A DNA stretch of 64,000 nt, from positions 2,422,328 to 2,486,327 of the forward strand of contig NW_015163604.1 in the NCBI RefSeq assembly GCF_001447785.1. The letters run 5' to 3'. Shown in pieces: positions 49,439-62,164 of the stretch. A model generated the notes under the pieces. The model saw only the letters and a list, made by a program, of their open reading frames with translations, did not search any database and had not been told where the DNA came from. A program made the translations under genes and the position numbers. This DNA comes from Gekko japonicus. Lineage: Eukaryota. How positions within the stretch are numbered: position 1 is the first letter of the stretch; the number at the start of each line of letters is the position of its first letter.

Positions 49439-50342
49439 TAGGGATGGGCGAATCTGTCCGTTTCTAATTCCTCATGGGTTCCGTAATGTTTGAGGAACCC
49501 TGATTGAACATTCCTTTAATTATCCCCCCCCCCAGACCCACCACATTTTTATGACTGTTTTAGTCTTGTAGAATATTGCAGTTGTTTTCTGCTTGTCATT
49601 TTCTAGCATTTAGTGCTTTTCCAATCAGTTGCAGCCTCTCCTAATGTGTAAACTGTGTTGACTATTGCATAATTAAAGCCTCTGTAAAAAAGGAAACGAA
49701 AACAATTCAAAGCTGACTGCAAAGTGCTTTGCTTTAAAGCCAGCATTTCTAAATTGTGGAAAGTTGCCAGGACCCCTTAATTGTCACCTAATTTATAACC
49801 ATGGTCTAAACAGTGGCTACTTTTTCTAAGTCCTCAGCATCACCAAGGAATGACTGTCACTTAGAGGGTGGTCTTTAGTGGATACAGCCATCCCCGCCCT
49901 TCTCAAAGTTCTCCATAGGCAATAATAGCAGAACTGCCATTCTAGCTTGCTGCTTCTTCTCTCCCTTCTTTGTGGGCTGGGCCCTTTTTTTCCCTTTGGA
50001 AGTAAAATGCCTGGGGACACCTTGTTCAGTGGCACACAGAACTGGACCCATTGGTCCAATTTGCTTGAAACTTAGGGACTCTTTAATTGACAGGCAGCAC
50101 TAGCTCCTCAGCAACTTTGGTGGCATTTGGTTGGAAAACAGCCACCTCACCCCTCACCCCAGGAAAAAAGGTCCCCTCACAGGGAATAATGGAACAAAAA
50201 TAATTCTGGAGTCACAGGAAAACCTGAAGCTGAATCCTGAAATTGTACTAGTAGATCTGAATATCATTGAATGCTGTATTTGTGCCATTCCCAAAATCTG
50301 AATCTGAAAAATACATTTTTTTTTCCCCAAGTGCACATAACT
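49439..50342. mobile_element. Old non-autonomous DNA transposon (TAGGGATGGGC end)
   Basis: Left end TAGGGATGGGCGAA, degenerate right end GTGCACATAACT, TGAATC repeats. Confidence 0.4.
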
Positions 50343-52149
50343 GCTATGAAGAAATCACACAAATGGGCTGATGTTGGTGAACAATGGGAGGGGCAAAATC
50401 ATGATCACAACAGAACTACCTGATGAGCAGGTGGGAAAATCTAGGAACTGAATTATTTCAGCAGTACAATATGGTCCAACAAGTAGAACATGGAAAAGGG
50501 ATGGGTCTTGGAGAAAATTGTTTCTTCTTTTGTGGTAGGATGCATCAGCTGATGCTACCCAAAACTTGCAGACCCTTCCTCCTGAATACCTTTGGCTGAA
50601 ACAACTGATAAGTGGCTGCTTTACTGAACTCCCTTCATCATTAGTTGCCTCAGGGTGCTCACCAAATTTCTCTACCTACATTACAGCCCCTCACACAATC
50701 CCTGCTAACCCAATTAGGGCATTTCCAATCTTAAAACAAGGTCTATTTAAATAACCTCACCAGATAGAACAGTATGGAGCAGGTTAAAATAAGGCCTGTC
50801 CCCAAGGCATGAAAGAATGAATCTGTCCTTCCATGCCCCCAAAAGACCAACTAACCCTATACTCTCCAAATCACAGGGTGTGAAGTGGAAACACAGAGCA
50901 AAAGCTTGGCCACAAGAGGCAGAGGCAGTTTAAATTCCTTCTCCCCCACAAGGACAACAAAGTACATAAGGGACCCCATAGCTCAGCATCCTAACACCAG
51001 TATATCTCATCCTCCATTTTTTTTTTGCAGGAGTCAAACCTGACCTTGGGCTCTTCTAGTAGTCCCAGAGGGAGCAAAACATTTTTGGAAATGGGGGGGG
51101 GCAAAGCAATAGGGACAAATGATTGACAAAAATGACAATGCGGAAGAACTGTCTCCCATAGGGACAAGAAGGAAAATTACATGGATAATGAATTCGAAGT
51201 ATGGTGGTCATCCCAGCACTGGCAACCCCTGAGAGACTGACGGGTACAGATCCTTGGTAAAATGGTATCACACAATGTTGTGACTTCATTTGTGGCTGTA
51301 TGGCCCGCAGCACAGTCACTGTTGCATATCACACTCTAGGATTTCCTTGAAAACATAGAGATTGGAAAAATTCCTAGAACGTAGCTTGTCACCATGATGT
51401 CACTTCCAGGTATGCAGCAATAAGTAACATTGCTGTGTTATGCAACTGCATTCTGCCCTTCATTTCCCCCTGGTGTCCAGCAAGTGATGGCAGGGGTGGA
51501 ACTTCAGGGAGGAGGATGGAGCTCCAGGGAAACCTGGCTACCCTAATTTAAAGAGTTACAAACCTGATCTCTTAAATTATTCCTCCAGCAAATGTATATT
51601 AATAAATGGAATTTGCATGAGCGATATCCCTTGAGGATCAAAAAATTCAGGCCAGAGAAGTAAAAACACAGAAGATCTATTCTGGAGCAGACTCATTAAA
51701 AACAATTCAACCAATAGAACTGCATTTGAATTATGGATTTGAGAAATGTAGTATTAGCCATGTATGCACTGCATTTAGTTTATTATTTAAAATAATATAA
51801 AAAGGGCTAGTCTTCTCTGCCATTTCATTTTTTTAAACCAATACATCTTTTGAGTTATCAACGTACAAAATACATCGGAAGCCAGTAAAGTCGGTTAACT
51901 TTAAAACTCCCCTGAATTTCTTTAATATTTCTTGAAAATTGCTTCTAGGCTTGAGAGTCTCTCATAAGATTCAGCTGGAGAAAATTTTTATAGCTGAGTT
52001 ATCACCCCTTCTCCCTAAAAAAAGGGAAGACTATAAAAACAGAATTGCGGCAGCAAAGAGGGGAAGAGATTTTAAGGCAGAAATAAGAAGATGTCATCAG
52101 AGTTCAAGGGCAAGGAAACTGTGGTTGTTTTGAAGTGAGGTAGGTAAAA

Positions 52150-52329
52150 CTTCAGTGGGAAGGTAACAGCGTTCCGTGCACCTTGGTGTTTAGTCATGCC
52201 GGCCACATGACCACAGAAACGTCTTCGGACAGCGCTAGCTCTTCGGCTTTGAAACGGAGATGAGCACCACAACCCTAGAGTCAGATTCGACTGGCTTTCG
52301 AGCAAGGGAACCTTTACCTTTACCTTTAC
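52150..52329 (+). mobile_element. Sauria SINE, 5'-truncated
   Basis: 3' half with ACCTTT x3 tail. Confidence 0.9.
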
Positions 52330-53660
52330 TTAGGAAAACTGTATTCTATTTAAATCCATCTTGAAACAAATCAGGGAGCAGAAGCAGCCCCTGATAGGTT
52401 GTTCAAGGGGTCTTTGTGGGTATTCTTGATATATCTGTTTCACATCTATTTATTACCACAGGCCACAATCCATACAGACTGTCCTTGGTTCAAGCTCAAT
52501 GAAATAAATATGAACTACAAAGTAGAACTTCTTCGTGGCTTTCTCGTACAATGATCTTTCTTCCACCCATTGAACATTGACCAAATTCCAACACTTAAAA
52601 TATTGGACTGGCAAATTCAGATTATTTTTCATTTAAGTCTTGTCACCCATCAAGTTTTGATCCAAACTTTTCAAAATATAAAGTTCAGCAAAAGAGGACA
52701 CGTTGTCTTTGGAAACTAGAGCTATTCGCATTTGGCTATGTGATCACATCTATTGTCATAACATTGACAGCAATCTGGCAACTGATTAAAGAATTTTTAA
52801 AAGTTTACTAACTACTTGGCTTTTAACCAATGAAATCAAATCAAATATACATACATGTCTAAACACTTCAGAGATGCCTGAAACTTTTTAGAAGGATCCA
52901 GAATGAAAGAGGCAATGTGTCACTTCAAGTTTTCTCTTGAAGGACAAGAAATAGAATAAGAAACTTAGAACATAGTAGACTTCAAAAGGGACATTTGGTT
53001 GTATTTGTCATAAATCTTTTCATTACAATCCTAAGAAAATACTGAAATCATTAAACTTAGAAAGGTATAATTCTGCATAAGGTGGCAGTGTTACTCCACC
53101 TCGGCAGTCTGACTGAAGAGCTCATCTGCTCTCATAAAATGGCATGAGTTAGTATCAACAGAGACCAAAGTGAGTTTGAAGCCACTGCAAATAGTTCCAG
53201 GAATCCACACAATCTCTTGTTTCTCCTCCAGAAAGATGTATTTGGTCTCCTTCTCTGGACTTTTCAGATAGCTATGAATTAAGAACATAAGAATATAAGA
53301 AGAGCCCTGCTCGATCAGACCAATAGTACATCTAGCCTAGCATCTTGTCTCACACAGAGGCCAACCAGTTGCTCTGATAGCCAACAACAGGGCATAGCGG
53401 CCAAGATTTTCCCCTTATGTTGTCTCCTGGCTCTGGGATTCAGAGGATTAGTGCCATTGATAGACTTATCCTCCATGAATCAATCTAATCCCCTTTTCAA
53501 GCTGTTTATTCCTGTGGCCACCAGTACATTCTCTGGCAGCGAATTCCACATTTTAATCACTCTCTGTGTAAAGTAGTATTTCCTTTTGTCCATCCTGAAC
53601 TTACTGACCATCAGTTTCATTGTATGTCCTTGAGTTTTAGTGTTTTGAGAGAGGGAGAAA

Positions 53661-54040
53661 TTACCATCCAATGATACTGTAGAGCTTTTTTGTTTGCAAG
53701 TTTGAATATTATTCCTACAATGGCTTTTACAAGGGAGGGTTGTTTTTTTGTTTAGTAGGCCCTATTCTGACAGAATCTGCCCTTGTGGCCTTAATAGGAT
53801 AGATACATCCTTCCATGCCCTACTTGAATGCAGATTCTTTGAGAATATAAGGGATCACTAAATATCAAGCCTTTAATCAACCAACCATCCCCCTACACTC
53901 TGGAAACCCTGGCTCTTTTGCTCAGAGATAAGGATCCTAAGTTTAGCAACTGTAAAATCTGTCTCAGTCCTTTTAGCCTTGCATCAAAAACATAAGAAGC
54001 AAGTTATCTTCTGCTGCTCAGGATCTATGAATCAATGAAT
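53661..54040 (+). mobile_element. Non-L1 LINE 3' end with CCHC zinc knuckle (RTE-X/R4-like, clade uncertain)
   Basis: Frameshifted CRAFLFASLNIIPTM..QGR..PYSDRICPCGLNRIDTSFHALLECRFFENIR. Confidence 0.6.
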
Positions 54041-54400
54041 TTCTAACGGTATAAAAGGAAAGGAAAATCTTTTGTTTTGAACTGGAGTAAACCTTGTTTA
54101 TTGCAAATTTGGTATATGGAATTAGAAGCTATTTTCTGTTTGACCTTCCAAGTTAATATCTTCATTGAATGTGGCCCTCTAAACCAATATTTCTGTTTAG
54201 TAAAGAGTAATTGTTTTTGGATGTGCAAAACCTCCAAAGAATGCAATTTTTTCTGTTCTAGTAGAATTTATTGTAAATCTTTTTATTTCTAAATTTTGTG
54301 TATTTATCTTTAAGATTTGAAATGTTAGTTATTAAAGCTTGTCTAATTTGATCTTTCTCTTTTTTAAAGGATGATGTTAAAGCCATTAACTGTCCACCTT
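54041..54400 (-). mobile_element. Inverted L1 ORF2 segment (between endonuclease and RT domains)
   Basis: GQLMALTSSFKKEK..TKQKYWFRGPHSMKILTWKVKQKIASNSIYQI resembles the L1 post-endonuclease linker. Confidence 0.7.
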
Positions 54401-55704
54401 GACAACAGAAACTTTCAAGAACTTCTATGGGACCATCCAAAGAAACAGACAAAAGGGAACTGAGAAAAACTTTTTTTTAGACAATACTATCAAAATTTGG
54501 GATAAAATGAAACCTTTACTAGCACCCAAGATATCACCTCTATCCTACTTTTTAGGTCAATCATGGTTCCAGCCAGGGTTCCAACCCACTTCTCTTATAG
54601 CTTTGTAGATGTTTGTTCTGATAATGTTGGCTGAAAGGCATAAAATAGAATGTAAAATTTAAAAACCTATTAGATGGTTTGAATATTTTCAAGTCAGTCA
54701 TTTGATAACTTCACTCTCACAACAATTTAATCTCTCCAGGCCACTCACCTTTTTCAAACACATTCTTAAAACAGAGTGCTCAAACTTTAAGGGCTTGATC
54801 TCGCATTTTTATAAAGAATTAAACTTAATAGACTGCAAATCCCCTATCCCATACCAATGCTTATGGCAAGAGGACTGTAGTAAATTCTTAACCCAAGAAG
54901 ATTGGCTTCAGATTTGCTCCTCCCATACCCTAACCTCCAAGACATTGAATATTCAAATACAGAGTCAAAAATTACTTCTGAGTTGGTACATGATGCCTAC
55001 AAGAATGCATCATATCTCAAAATAGTAACTCTCCTTTGTGCTGGAAATCCTGTGAGCAAGAAGGAAGTTATATATGTTGGTGGTGGAAATGCAAAAAGGT
55101 AAGGGATTTCTGGGAGCTGGTTCTGAACCACATTAAAGACATCACAAACTATGCTATACCATGCCAGCCAGCACTAATCCTTTTAGATCTCTGGCAGAAT
55201 ATAGCAGTCCTTCAAATTCACAAAGATTTGATTTCTACTTTATTAGCAGCTGCAAAAATGTTCATAGCCTCTAAATGGAAAGATCCTAGCCCACTTCGAG
55301 TAGTGGTATGCTAAAGTCTGGGAACTATACAGAATGGATAAGATCACAGATAGTGCCAGCATGTACAGTGGCTTCCTTTTCTAGAAGCATCATTCCTACC
55401 TAATTCACCAGTGCACTCCCAAATTCCACAACATTTTAATGAAATCGTTAATCACATTGTTCTAAATCCAACTTGGAAGACTTCTTTTCTATGTTTCAAA
55501 TTTATGCTGTTATCATTATATGTTGCTTTTAGAATTTTCAGCAGCAGTTCCAAGAGATTTTCCCTTTTACTACTGGTGTTAATTGTTGTTTACACTTGCT
55601 GTTCTTTTTATTAGTTGATGCTGGTTATAAGTTGTAATGGTTGTTACCGGTTGTTACTTTTTGGAAACTTAATAAAAACAATTTTAGAAAGGAAAGGAAA
55701 AGAA
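54400..55704 (+). mobile_element. L1-clade ORF2 3' part, 3'UTR and A-rich tail
   Basis: TIKIWDKMK..SPL; QKLLLSWYMMPTRMH; CWKSCEQEGSYICWWWKCKKVRDFW; AATAAA at 55671. Confidence 0.85.
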
Positions 55705-56143
55705 AGAGAGGGAGAAAAATTTATCTTTGTCAACTCTCTCCATCCCCATGCATAATTTTATAAACCTCTGTCATGTCCCCCTTTAGTTGTCTCTTTTCTG
55801 AACTGAAAAGTCCCAACCTTTCCTCATAGGGAAGGTGCTCCAACCCCCCTAATCGTCTTGGTTGCCTTCCTCTGTACTTCTCCCAGCTCTGCAAAGTCTT
55901 TTTTGAGCTACTGTGACCAGTAATGTATACAATATTCCAAATGAGACTGCAGCATAGATCTGTACAAGGACATTACAATATTGGCCATTTTATTCTCAAT
56001 CCTTTTCCTAATAATCCCTCACACAGAGTTAGTCTCTTTCATTACTGCAGCACACTGTGTTGACGTTTTCATTGGGCTATCCACTATGACCCCAAGATCC
56101 TTTTCCTCTCTCAGCCTCAGCAAGTTCAGTCCAATGTTCCCAA

Positions 56144-56559
56144 CAGGGCTCTTTTTGTAGAAAAAGCCCAGCAGGAACTCATTAGCATAATAGGCCACAC
56201 CCAACAGCAGGAACTCATTAGCATATTGGGCCACACCCCTGACAGCACAGCTCATTAGCACATTAGGCCGCNNNNNNNNNNNNNNNNNNNNNNNNNNNNN
56301 NNNNNNNNNNNNNNNNNNNNNNNNNNNNNNNNNNNNNNNNNNNNNNNNNNNNNNNNNNNNNNNNNNNNNNNNNNNNNNNNNNNNNNNNNNNNNNNNNNNN
56401 NNNNNNNNNNNNNNNNNNNNNNNNNNNNNNNNNNNNNNNNNNNNNNNNNNNNNNNNNNNNNNNNNNNNNNNNNNNNNNNNNNNNNNNNNNCTGAGCATGG
56501 CCAACTTGGGAGCCAGCCGGAACTCCGTTCCTGTGCGTTCCTGCCCAAAAATAGCCCTG
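56144..56559 (+). mobile_element. hAT MITE family A spanning the assembly gap
   Basis: TIRs CAGGGCTC / TAGCCCTG; TSD GTTCCCAA/GTTCCCAC. Confidence 0.88.
56272..56490. other. Assembly gap (219 N)
   Basis: Run of N. Confidence 1.
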
Positions 56560-56966
56560 GTTCCCACTAAACTGTGGAGTCTTGTGAGCAAAAATTCTAC
56601 TTTGTGAGCTACTGGCATTAAAGTTGTGAGCAAGCCATTTGGCTCCTGCATTAATTTGTTTGCTCTGGAGCCATCCTTCCTGAGCGGAGACAAAAATGTG
56701 TGAGCTGGAGGATAAAAAACTGTGAGCTAGCTCACTCTAACTCAGCTTAGAGGGAACACTGGTTCAGTCCCCATTAGCCTATATTTGAAGCCTGGATTTT
56801 TTTTTGTCCAATTCACCACACACTTACCAACACTGAACTTCATTTGCCACATTGTCACCCATGTTGACATTCAATAACATAGTACTTTCCCACATTTTAG
56901 AAGGTGAGACAATATACAAGCCTAATGAGATTAGGTAGGTATGAAAGATTCTAAGGGTAAGACTTG

Positions 56967-57109
56967 GGCTGTGGTCACACACACACTAAAAAATCCACTT
57001 TCAATGTACTTTCCAATTGTATTTTGCCAGTTCACACAATAAAAATCCAGTTGGAAAGTGCACTGAAAGTGGATTGAACGTGGATTATTTAGCATGTGTG
57101 ACCGCAGCC
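56967..57109. mobile_element. Small palindromic Harbinger-like MITE
   Basis: TIR GGCTGYGGTCACACA; nearly fully palindromic; TAA right flank. Confidence 0.8.
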
Positions 57110-57511
57110 TAAATGATAACATTTACCATATTCCTGGTTGTGAGTTAATGGCTGGAATGAGCACTAGCAATGTGTGCTGATTGCTGCAAACATTAATTGC
57201 TGCAAACATTAATTAATATTGCATAGAGTCCGGATGTTCCCCTACCCCAGAGCTTCATAGACTATCAGTCATTGCTGTCTTCCTATAGGAAGTTGTAGAA
57301 GTCAGTACCTTCACGCATCTAGGTACTCTCCCTTCTCTCAGACAGTTTGAAACCAGAACTCTGTACTGAAAGACACCAAATATCTTGTTCCCCATGAGCA
57401 CAGTGCAAACAGTTCCTTAAATCATCATGGAAGTATTGGAGTTCTAAAACGGCATGCTACCAACTCAATATGCAAAATGCACATAGTAATGTTTGTAAAC
57501 AGACAAGTACA

Positions 57512-57969
57512 CAGAGGTCATTTCGGGGGGGATCGTGGGGGATCGCAGTTCCCTCGGGTGAGGTGCAGGGGGCGGGGCACACAACGAAGCCCCGCCCCTT
57601 CTTCCGGCCGCCCCCTTCTTCCAGCCTCATTCTGTTGCAGAAGGAGGAAGAAGCAGGAGGGTACGTTGGCATCCTCGCCCTCTGCCTGGCTGAGGCCACA
57701 CCACGTGGCCTCCGCAAGGACTCCCAGCCCCATCCAGGAGCTTCCCCGAGGTAGCTGTGTTAGTCTGTTGCTGCAAAAGAGTCCAAGAGTTCAAATAGCA
57801 CCTTTAAGACTAACAAACAGCACCTTTAAGACTAACCTTTAATACTAAGACTAACTGAGTGGTGGGTGTGGCCTTATGACACACTTCAGGTGATGTCAGG
57901 GGTGTGGCATATGCTAATGAGTTATGCTAATGAGTTCCCCCTAGCTCTTTTTCTACGAAACGACCCCTG
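57512..57969 (-). mobile_element. hAT MITE related to family A, with a Penelope fragment at ~57750-57855
   Basis: TIR CAGRGGTCRTTTCG; perfect TSD CAAGTACA; ATGCTAATGAG x2 and GGGTGTGGC. Confidence 0.85.
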
Positions 57970-57989
57970 CAAGTACATCATACCAACTT

Positions 57990-58365
57990 CTGTAAGCCGC
58001 CCTGATCTGGTTCACTGGGAGGGCGGGGTATAAATACGAATAATAAATAAAGCATGGCAACAGAAATATCTCTATGATCAGAGTATTGCTTAGATAAGCC
58101 TAAAAGCTCCAACTGCAAGAGGCAACTATTGTCATAGCAGCCCAGTCGCTACAGCTCAGCGTCAGGGGCTAGATTTGCGTCCCAGCATTAGGGTAAGACT
58201 GTGGACCCAGGCTAGCACTGCAATCTCAGCGAGCCACATGGGCTGCTCTTTGTTTTAGCTGACTTAAGAAGCTATGAGATGTGTCACTCCCATTTTTCAG
58301 AGTCCACAATGCCCTCAGATGTTATGCGGGGAGGGCGGGGTATAAATTGAATAAATAAATAAATT
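57990..58365 (+). mobile_element. Two L2-type 3' tails (57990-58050, 58305-58365)
   Basis: GGGAGGGCGGGGTATAAAT followed by (TAAA)n, twice. Confidence 0.55.
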
Positions 58366-58453
58366 GGTGTTCAATTGCGTTTACCCTGGGACTATTATCA
58401 GTGTCAGGATTCTTTTGTACAATTTTGGTGAGGGGATACAACATCTGGTAGTG

Positions 58454-58620
58454 TGCCCAGTCTCATCAGATCTTGCAAACTAAGCAGAGCCAGTACTTGG
58501 ATGAAAGACCCCCAAAGAAGACCCTGCAGAGGAAGGCAATGGCAAACCAGCTCTGCTTCTCATTCACCTTTGAAACCCCTTGCTAAGATCGCCATAAGTT
58601 GGTTGTGACTTGATGGCATT
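58454..58620 (+). mobile_element. 5S-headed RTE-tailed SINE
   Basis: GCCCAGTCTCATCAGATCTTGCAAACTAAGCAG..AGTACTTGGATGAAAGACC head; CGCCATAAGTTGGTTGTGACTTGATGGCA tail. Confidence 0.7.
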
Positions 58621-59786
58621 TATGTATGTACACAATGTTTCCTTTGCTCTGGCTTTGCACATCTACATCCTGAATCTGTATGGATTTTGAAAATGGCCCA
58701 CAGAGGACAGTACAGCCTCTCAGAAACAGGTGACAAAAGTCTCCCCCCCCCCCTTAATGTAATGAGCTGGCCTAGCCTTTTCAAGTTGTATCTGTCTTTT
58801 CTTCTCTAAACTTTTACCAACTCTTAGATATTTTTTTTTTTTGCTACGTAAGGCAAAAGAACCCTCAGGCTGCTTTAACTTGCATGACCAGCCTTCCCTG
58901 ACCTTGGCGGTATTATAAGGTCACAGATGAACTGCGGGACAATGTCTGATATGCATTAGCACCGAAAAGGATTTTCTGCTGCATTCGTCTTGCAGGTTTC
59001 ATCTTTTCATCCTTTTTTTTTTGTTCCAAAGTACACTCACCACCTGCTAAAAAGCCCTGTTTCCAATACAGATAAAAAAACCACTATGTCCCTTAAAACA
59101 AAAGAACAAAAAAAAAGAGAGGAAGATTCATTTTTGGAACTATAATGGCACAGGAAAGCATTTATTCTGAAAGAATTCTGCTGTTTTACATTTAGGAATA
59201 TATTGTTTTGTGCTCTGTTTCCTCAGATAGTGGGCAGTTTAGAGCAGTTCATGGTGGTCTTTACAAAGCCTGTATCCTTTGGTGCATAGGCTATTTGGGG
59301 AATTGTGGACCAATGTATAGGTTGAACAGGCATTAGGTTAATGCAGAACTCTGTACACAGCACAACAGTAGTAGCTGCACAACATCATATCCTTGTGCTC
59401 TTTTCTCACACAGTGCAAACCTGATTCAGACTTCCCCTACTAAGCAGGTAATTGTGACTTTTTCTGTCTTTACCAAACAGCAGCCAAGTTGCTTACTAAT
59501 GTCCTTCAACGACAAGACAATCAGAAAGGGAAGACTTGGCACACCAATATGGCAGAATGCGAACATAGGGTCAATTAATTACTCTCAGCATGCCACAATT
59601 AAGGATACGCCCGTCTCCAATTTTGACATATTTATTTCCTTCACTGTTCTCCCCTGAACTGAACCCAGACAAATTGCAACCATATAAACTAAGCTTATTG
59701 TTCCTGTTTGATCCTTGAATCCAGCAGAGCTCTTAGGTTCTTAATCTGAATGTCATTTTTCATTCAACTGAAAAGGTGGCTGAAAT

Positions 59787-60081
59787 AGAAGAAGAAGAGG
59801 AGGAGGAGGAGGAGATTGGATTTATACCCCGCCCTTCACTACCCAAAGGTGTCTCAGAGCGATTTACAAACTCCTTCCCCTTCCCCTCCCCACAACAGAC
59901 ACCCTGTGAGGTAGGTGGGGCTGAGAGAGCTCTGACAGAAACTGCTCTTTTTCAAGAACAGCTGTTATCAGAACTATGGCTTGCCCAAAGTCATCCAACC
60001 AGGTGCAAGTGGAGGAGTGGAGAATCAAACCCGGTTCTCCCAGTTTAGAGTCCACGTGACGCACTTAACCACTACACCAAA
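59787..60081 (-). mobile_element. Squam3-like SINE
   Basis: Reverse complement of the 11458 body; (GAA/GAG)n tail. Confidence 0.88.
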
Positions 60082-60246
60082 TACTGTCTACTTGGTCAAG
60101 CGCTGGTGTTCCTGTGCCAATTAGTTCTTTTGTCTGGCAGACCTAAATTCAAATTTGTATTCATCATACTACCTAGGACAAATTTGCCATGTGTCTCTTG
60201 TTATATAGGAGCAATACTAAGCAAGTCCCATGTTATTCTGTATTAA

Positions 60247-60581
60247 AAAGGTAAAGGTTCCCTTGCTCGAAAGCCAGTCGAGTCCGACTCTAGGGTTGCG
60301 TTTCAAAGTCGAAGAGCCAGCGCTGTCCGAAGATGTTTCCGTGATCATGTGGCTGGCATGACTAAACACCAAGGTGCACAGAACGCTGTTACCTTCCCAC
60401 CGAAGTGGTACCTATTTATCTACTTGCAATTTCTTGCTTTCGAACTGCTAGGTTGGCAGGAGCTTAAACTGGAGACGTGAGCTCACTCCATCATGCAGCA
60501 ACTCGAGTATTGAACTGCTGAACTACTGACCTTCCACAGCCTGCAGTTCAGCATCTTAACCACTTGAGCCACCGCAGCTCC
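60247..60581 (-). mobile_element. Sauria SINE
   Basis: Full body with a small deletion; flanking TATTCTGT duplication. Confidence 0.92.
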
Positions 60582-61015
60582 TGTATTCTGTGTTACTCCC
60601 ACAGAATTGCTTGTCCTCAGGACTGCAACTTATTTCATGCTGGAAAGGGTGTGTGTGTGCTATACTTCACAAGGACAGAGGTGTTCCAACGATGAATAAG
60701 TTCAAATATGTAATGCTCTTAGAGTATTAGGACATTCATGTAACGGTTGAATCATCATTACAAATGGCTCCTGGAGTTATTCCAAAGAGAAATTATTGAG
60801 ATGGCTAGGGGCTGGGCAGGGGCCTACAAGTGGAAAACCAAAGACTCAGCAGGTATGTGATGGAGGGTTTCAGACTAATTAAAGAGGAAAATATGGTAGG
60901 CTTCTTTAAAGATGGTTCCCTTTGTCATCTCACTGGACTGTTTCTTTTGTTAAACTGCCATAAGATTTAGTCTAGAACCATCCTGTTTGATGCCAAACCA
61001 TTTATTCCAAAATAT

Positions 61016-61503
61016 GGGTAAAAGGTAAAGGTAAAGGTTTCCCTTGCTCAAAAGCCAGTCGAATCTGACTCTAGGGGGCAGTGCTCATCTCCGTTTCCAA
61101 AGCTGAAGAGCCAGTGCTGTCCGAAAACTTCTCTGTTGTCATGTGGCCGGCATGACTAAACACCGAGGCGCCCGGAACGCTGTTACCTTCCCATCAAAGC
61201 GGTACCTATTTATCTACTTGCAATTTCTTGCTTTTTTGGTGTAGTGGTTAAGTGTGTGGTGGTTAAGTGTGTGGAGTCTAAACTGGGAGAACTGGGTTTG
61301 ATTCCCCACTCCTTCACTTGCACCTGCTGGACGACCTTGGGTAAGCCATAGTTCTGTCGGAGCAGTCCATGAAAGAACAGTTTCTGTCAGAGCTCTCTCA
61401 GCCCCACTTACCTCACAGGGTGTCTGTTGTGGGGAGAGGAAGGGAAAGGAGTTTGTAAGCTGCTCTGAGACTCCTTTGGGTAGTGAAGGGTGGGGTATAA
61501 ATC

Positions 61504-61539
<36 letters not shown>

Positions 61540-61659
61540 CTGCTAGGTTGGCAGGAGCTGAGGCCAGAGACGGGAACTCACTCCATCACATGGCACTAGG
61601 GTCTCAATCTGCTGAACTACAGACCTTTTGGTCTGCAGCTCAGTGTTTTAACCTCTGAG
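61016..61659 (-). mobile_element. Sauria SINE interrupted by a Squam3-like SINE
   Basis: Sauria body breaks at CTTGCTTT and resumes at TCAAACTGCTAGG. Confidence 0.9.
61236..61535 (+). mobile_element. Squam3-like SINE with (CT)n tail
   Basis: Body match; nested in the Sauria SINE. Confidence 0.88.
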
Positions 61660-61954
61660 TATAACAAAGAGGTAGGGTATAGCATCTTCAGAAAAGAACT
61701 GGGAAGTGGAATAGTTTTACCTGTCCCTAACTGCCACTCTCCTGTGATCCCTCTCCTACCAGCCAGTTTCCCCACTTGTCCCTGAAATCAGCCTTGGAAC
61801 CAGGATGGAAGAAAAGCAACTGGGGGGTTGTGGAGGCCTCTTCTTCTCTGGCCAATGACTTTAGACATCATGGACCATTAGACAAACATTGGGGCTCAGA
61901 ATCAGATCTTGGTAATGCAAGAAACCCATTGATAAACTACGGTGGCCTAACCAG

Positions 61955-62164
61955 AGCCCATTGCTCAATGGCAGAACATCTGCTTGGCCTGCAGAAGGTC
62001 TTAGGTTTGATCCACAGCATCTCCAGTTTAAAAAAGGATCAGAATTTGGGTGGACTGAAAGACCTCAACCTGAGAGTCCGGAGAGCTGCTGCCAGCCCGA
62101 GTAGGCAATGCTGACCTTGATGTACCGGTGCTCTGATCCAGTATATGGCAGTGTCATGTGTTCA
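61955..62164 (+). mobile_element. tRNA-derived SINE with CR1-type tail (Squam2/Anolis SINE2-like)
   Basis: GCTCAATGGCAGA A box, GGTTTGATCC B box, CTGATCCAGTATATGGCAG..CATGTGTTC tail. Confidence 0.7.

Larger units (their letters stand above)
56132..56761 (-). mobile_element. hAT MITE family B containing MITE A
   Basis: Perfect TSD GTTCAGTC (56124-56131, 56762-56769). Confidence 0.88.
53282..56862 (-). mobile_element. CR1 LINE split into three pieces (53282-53660, 55705-56131, 56762-56862)
   Basis: AAGAACATAAG terminus; pieces rejoin colinearly with the 20448 subfamily once the TSD-flanked inserts are removed. Confidence 0.88.

Noticed and set aside
56019-56693. Longest ORF (224 aa)
   Set aside because: Artefact of reading through the N gap and MITE/CR1 sequence.
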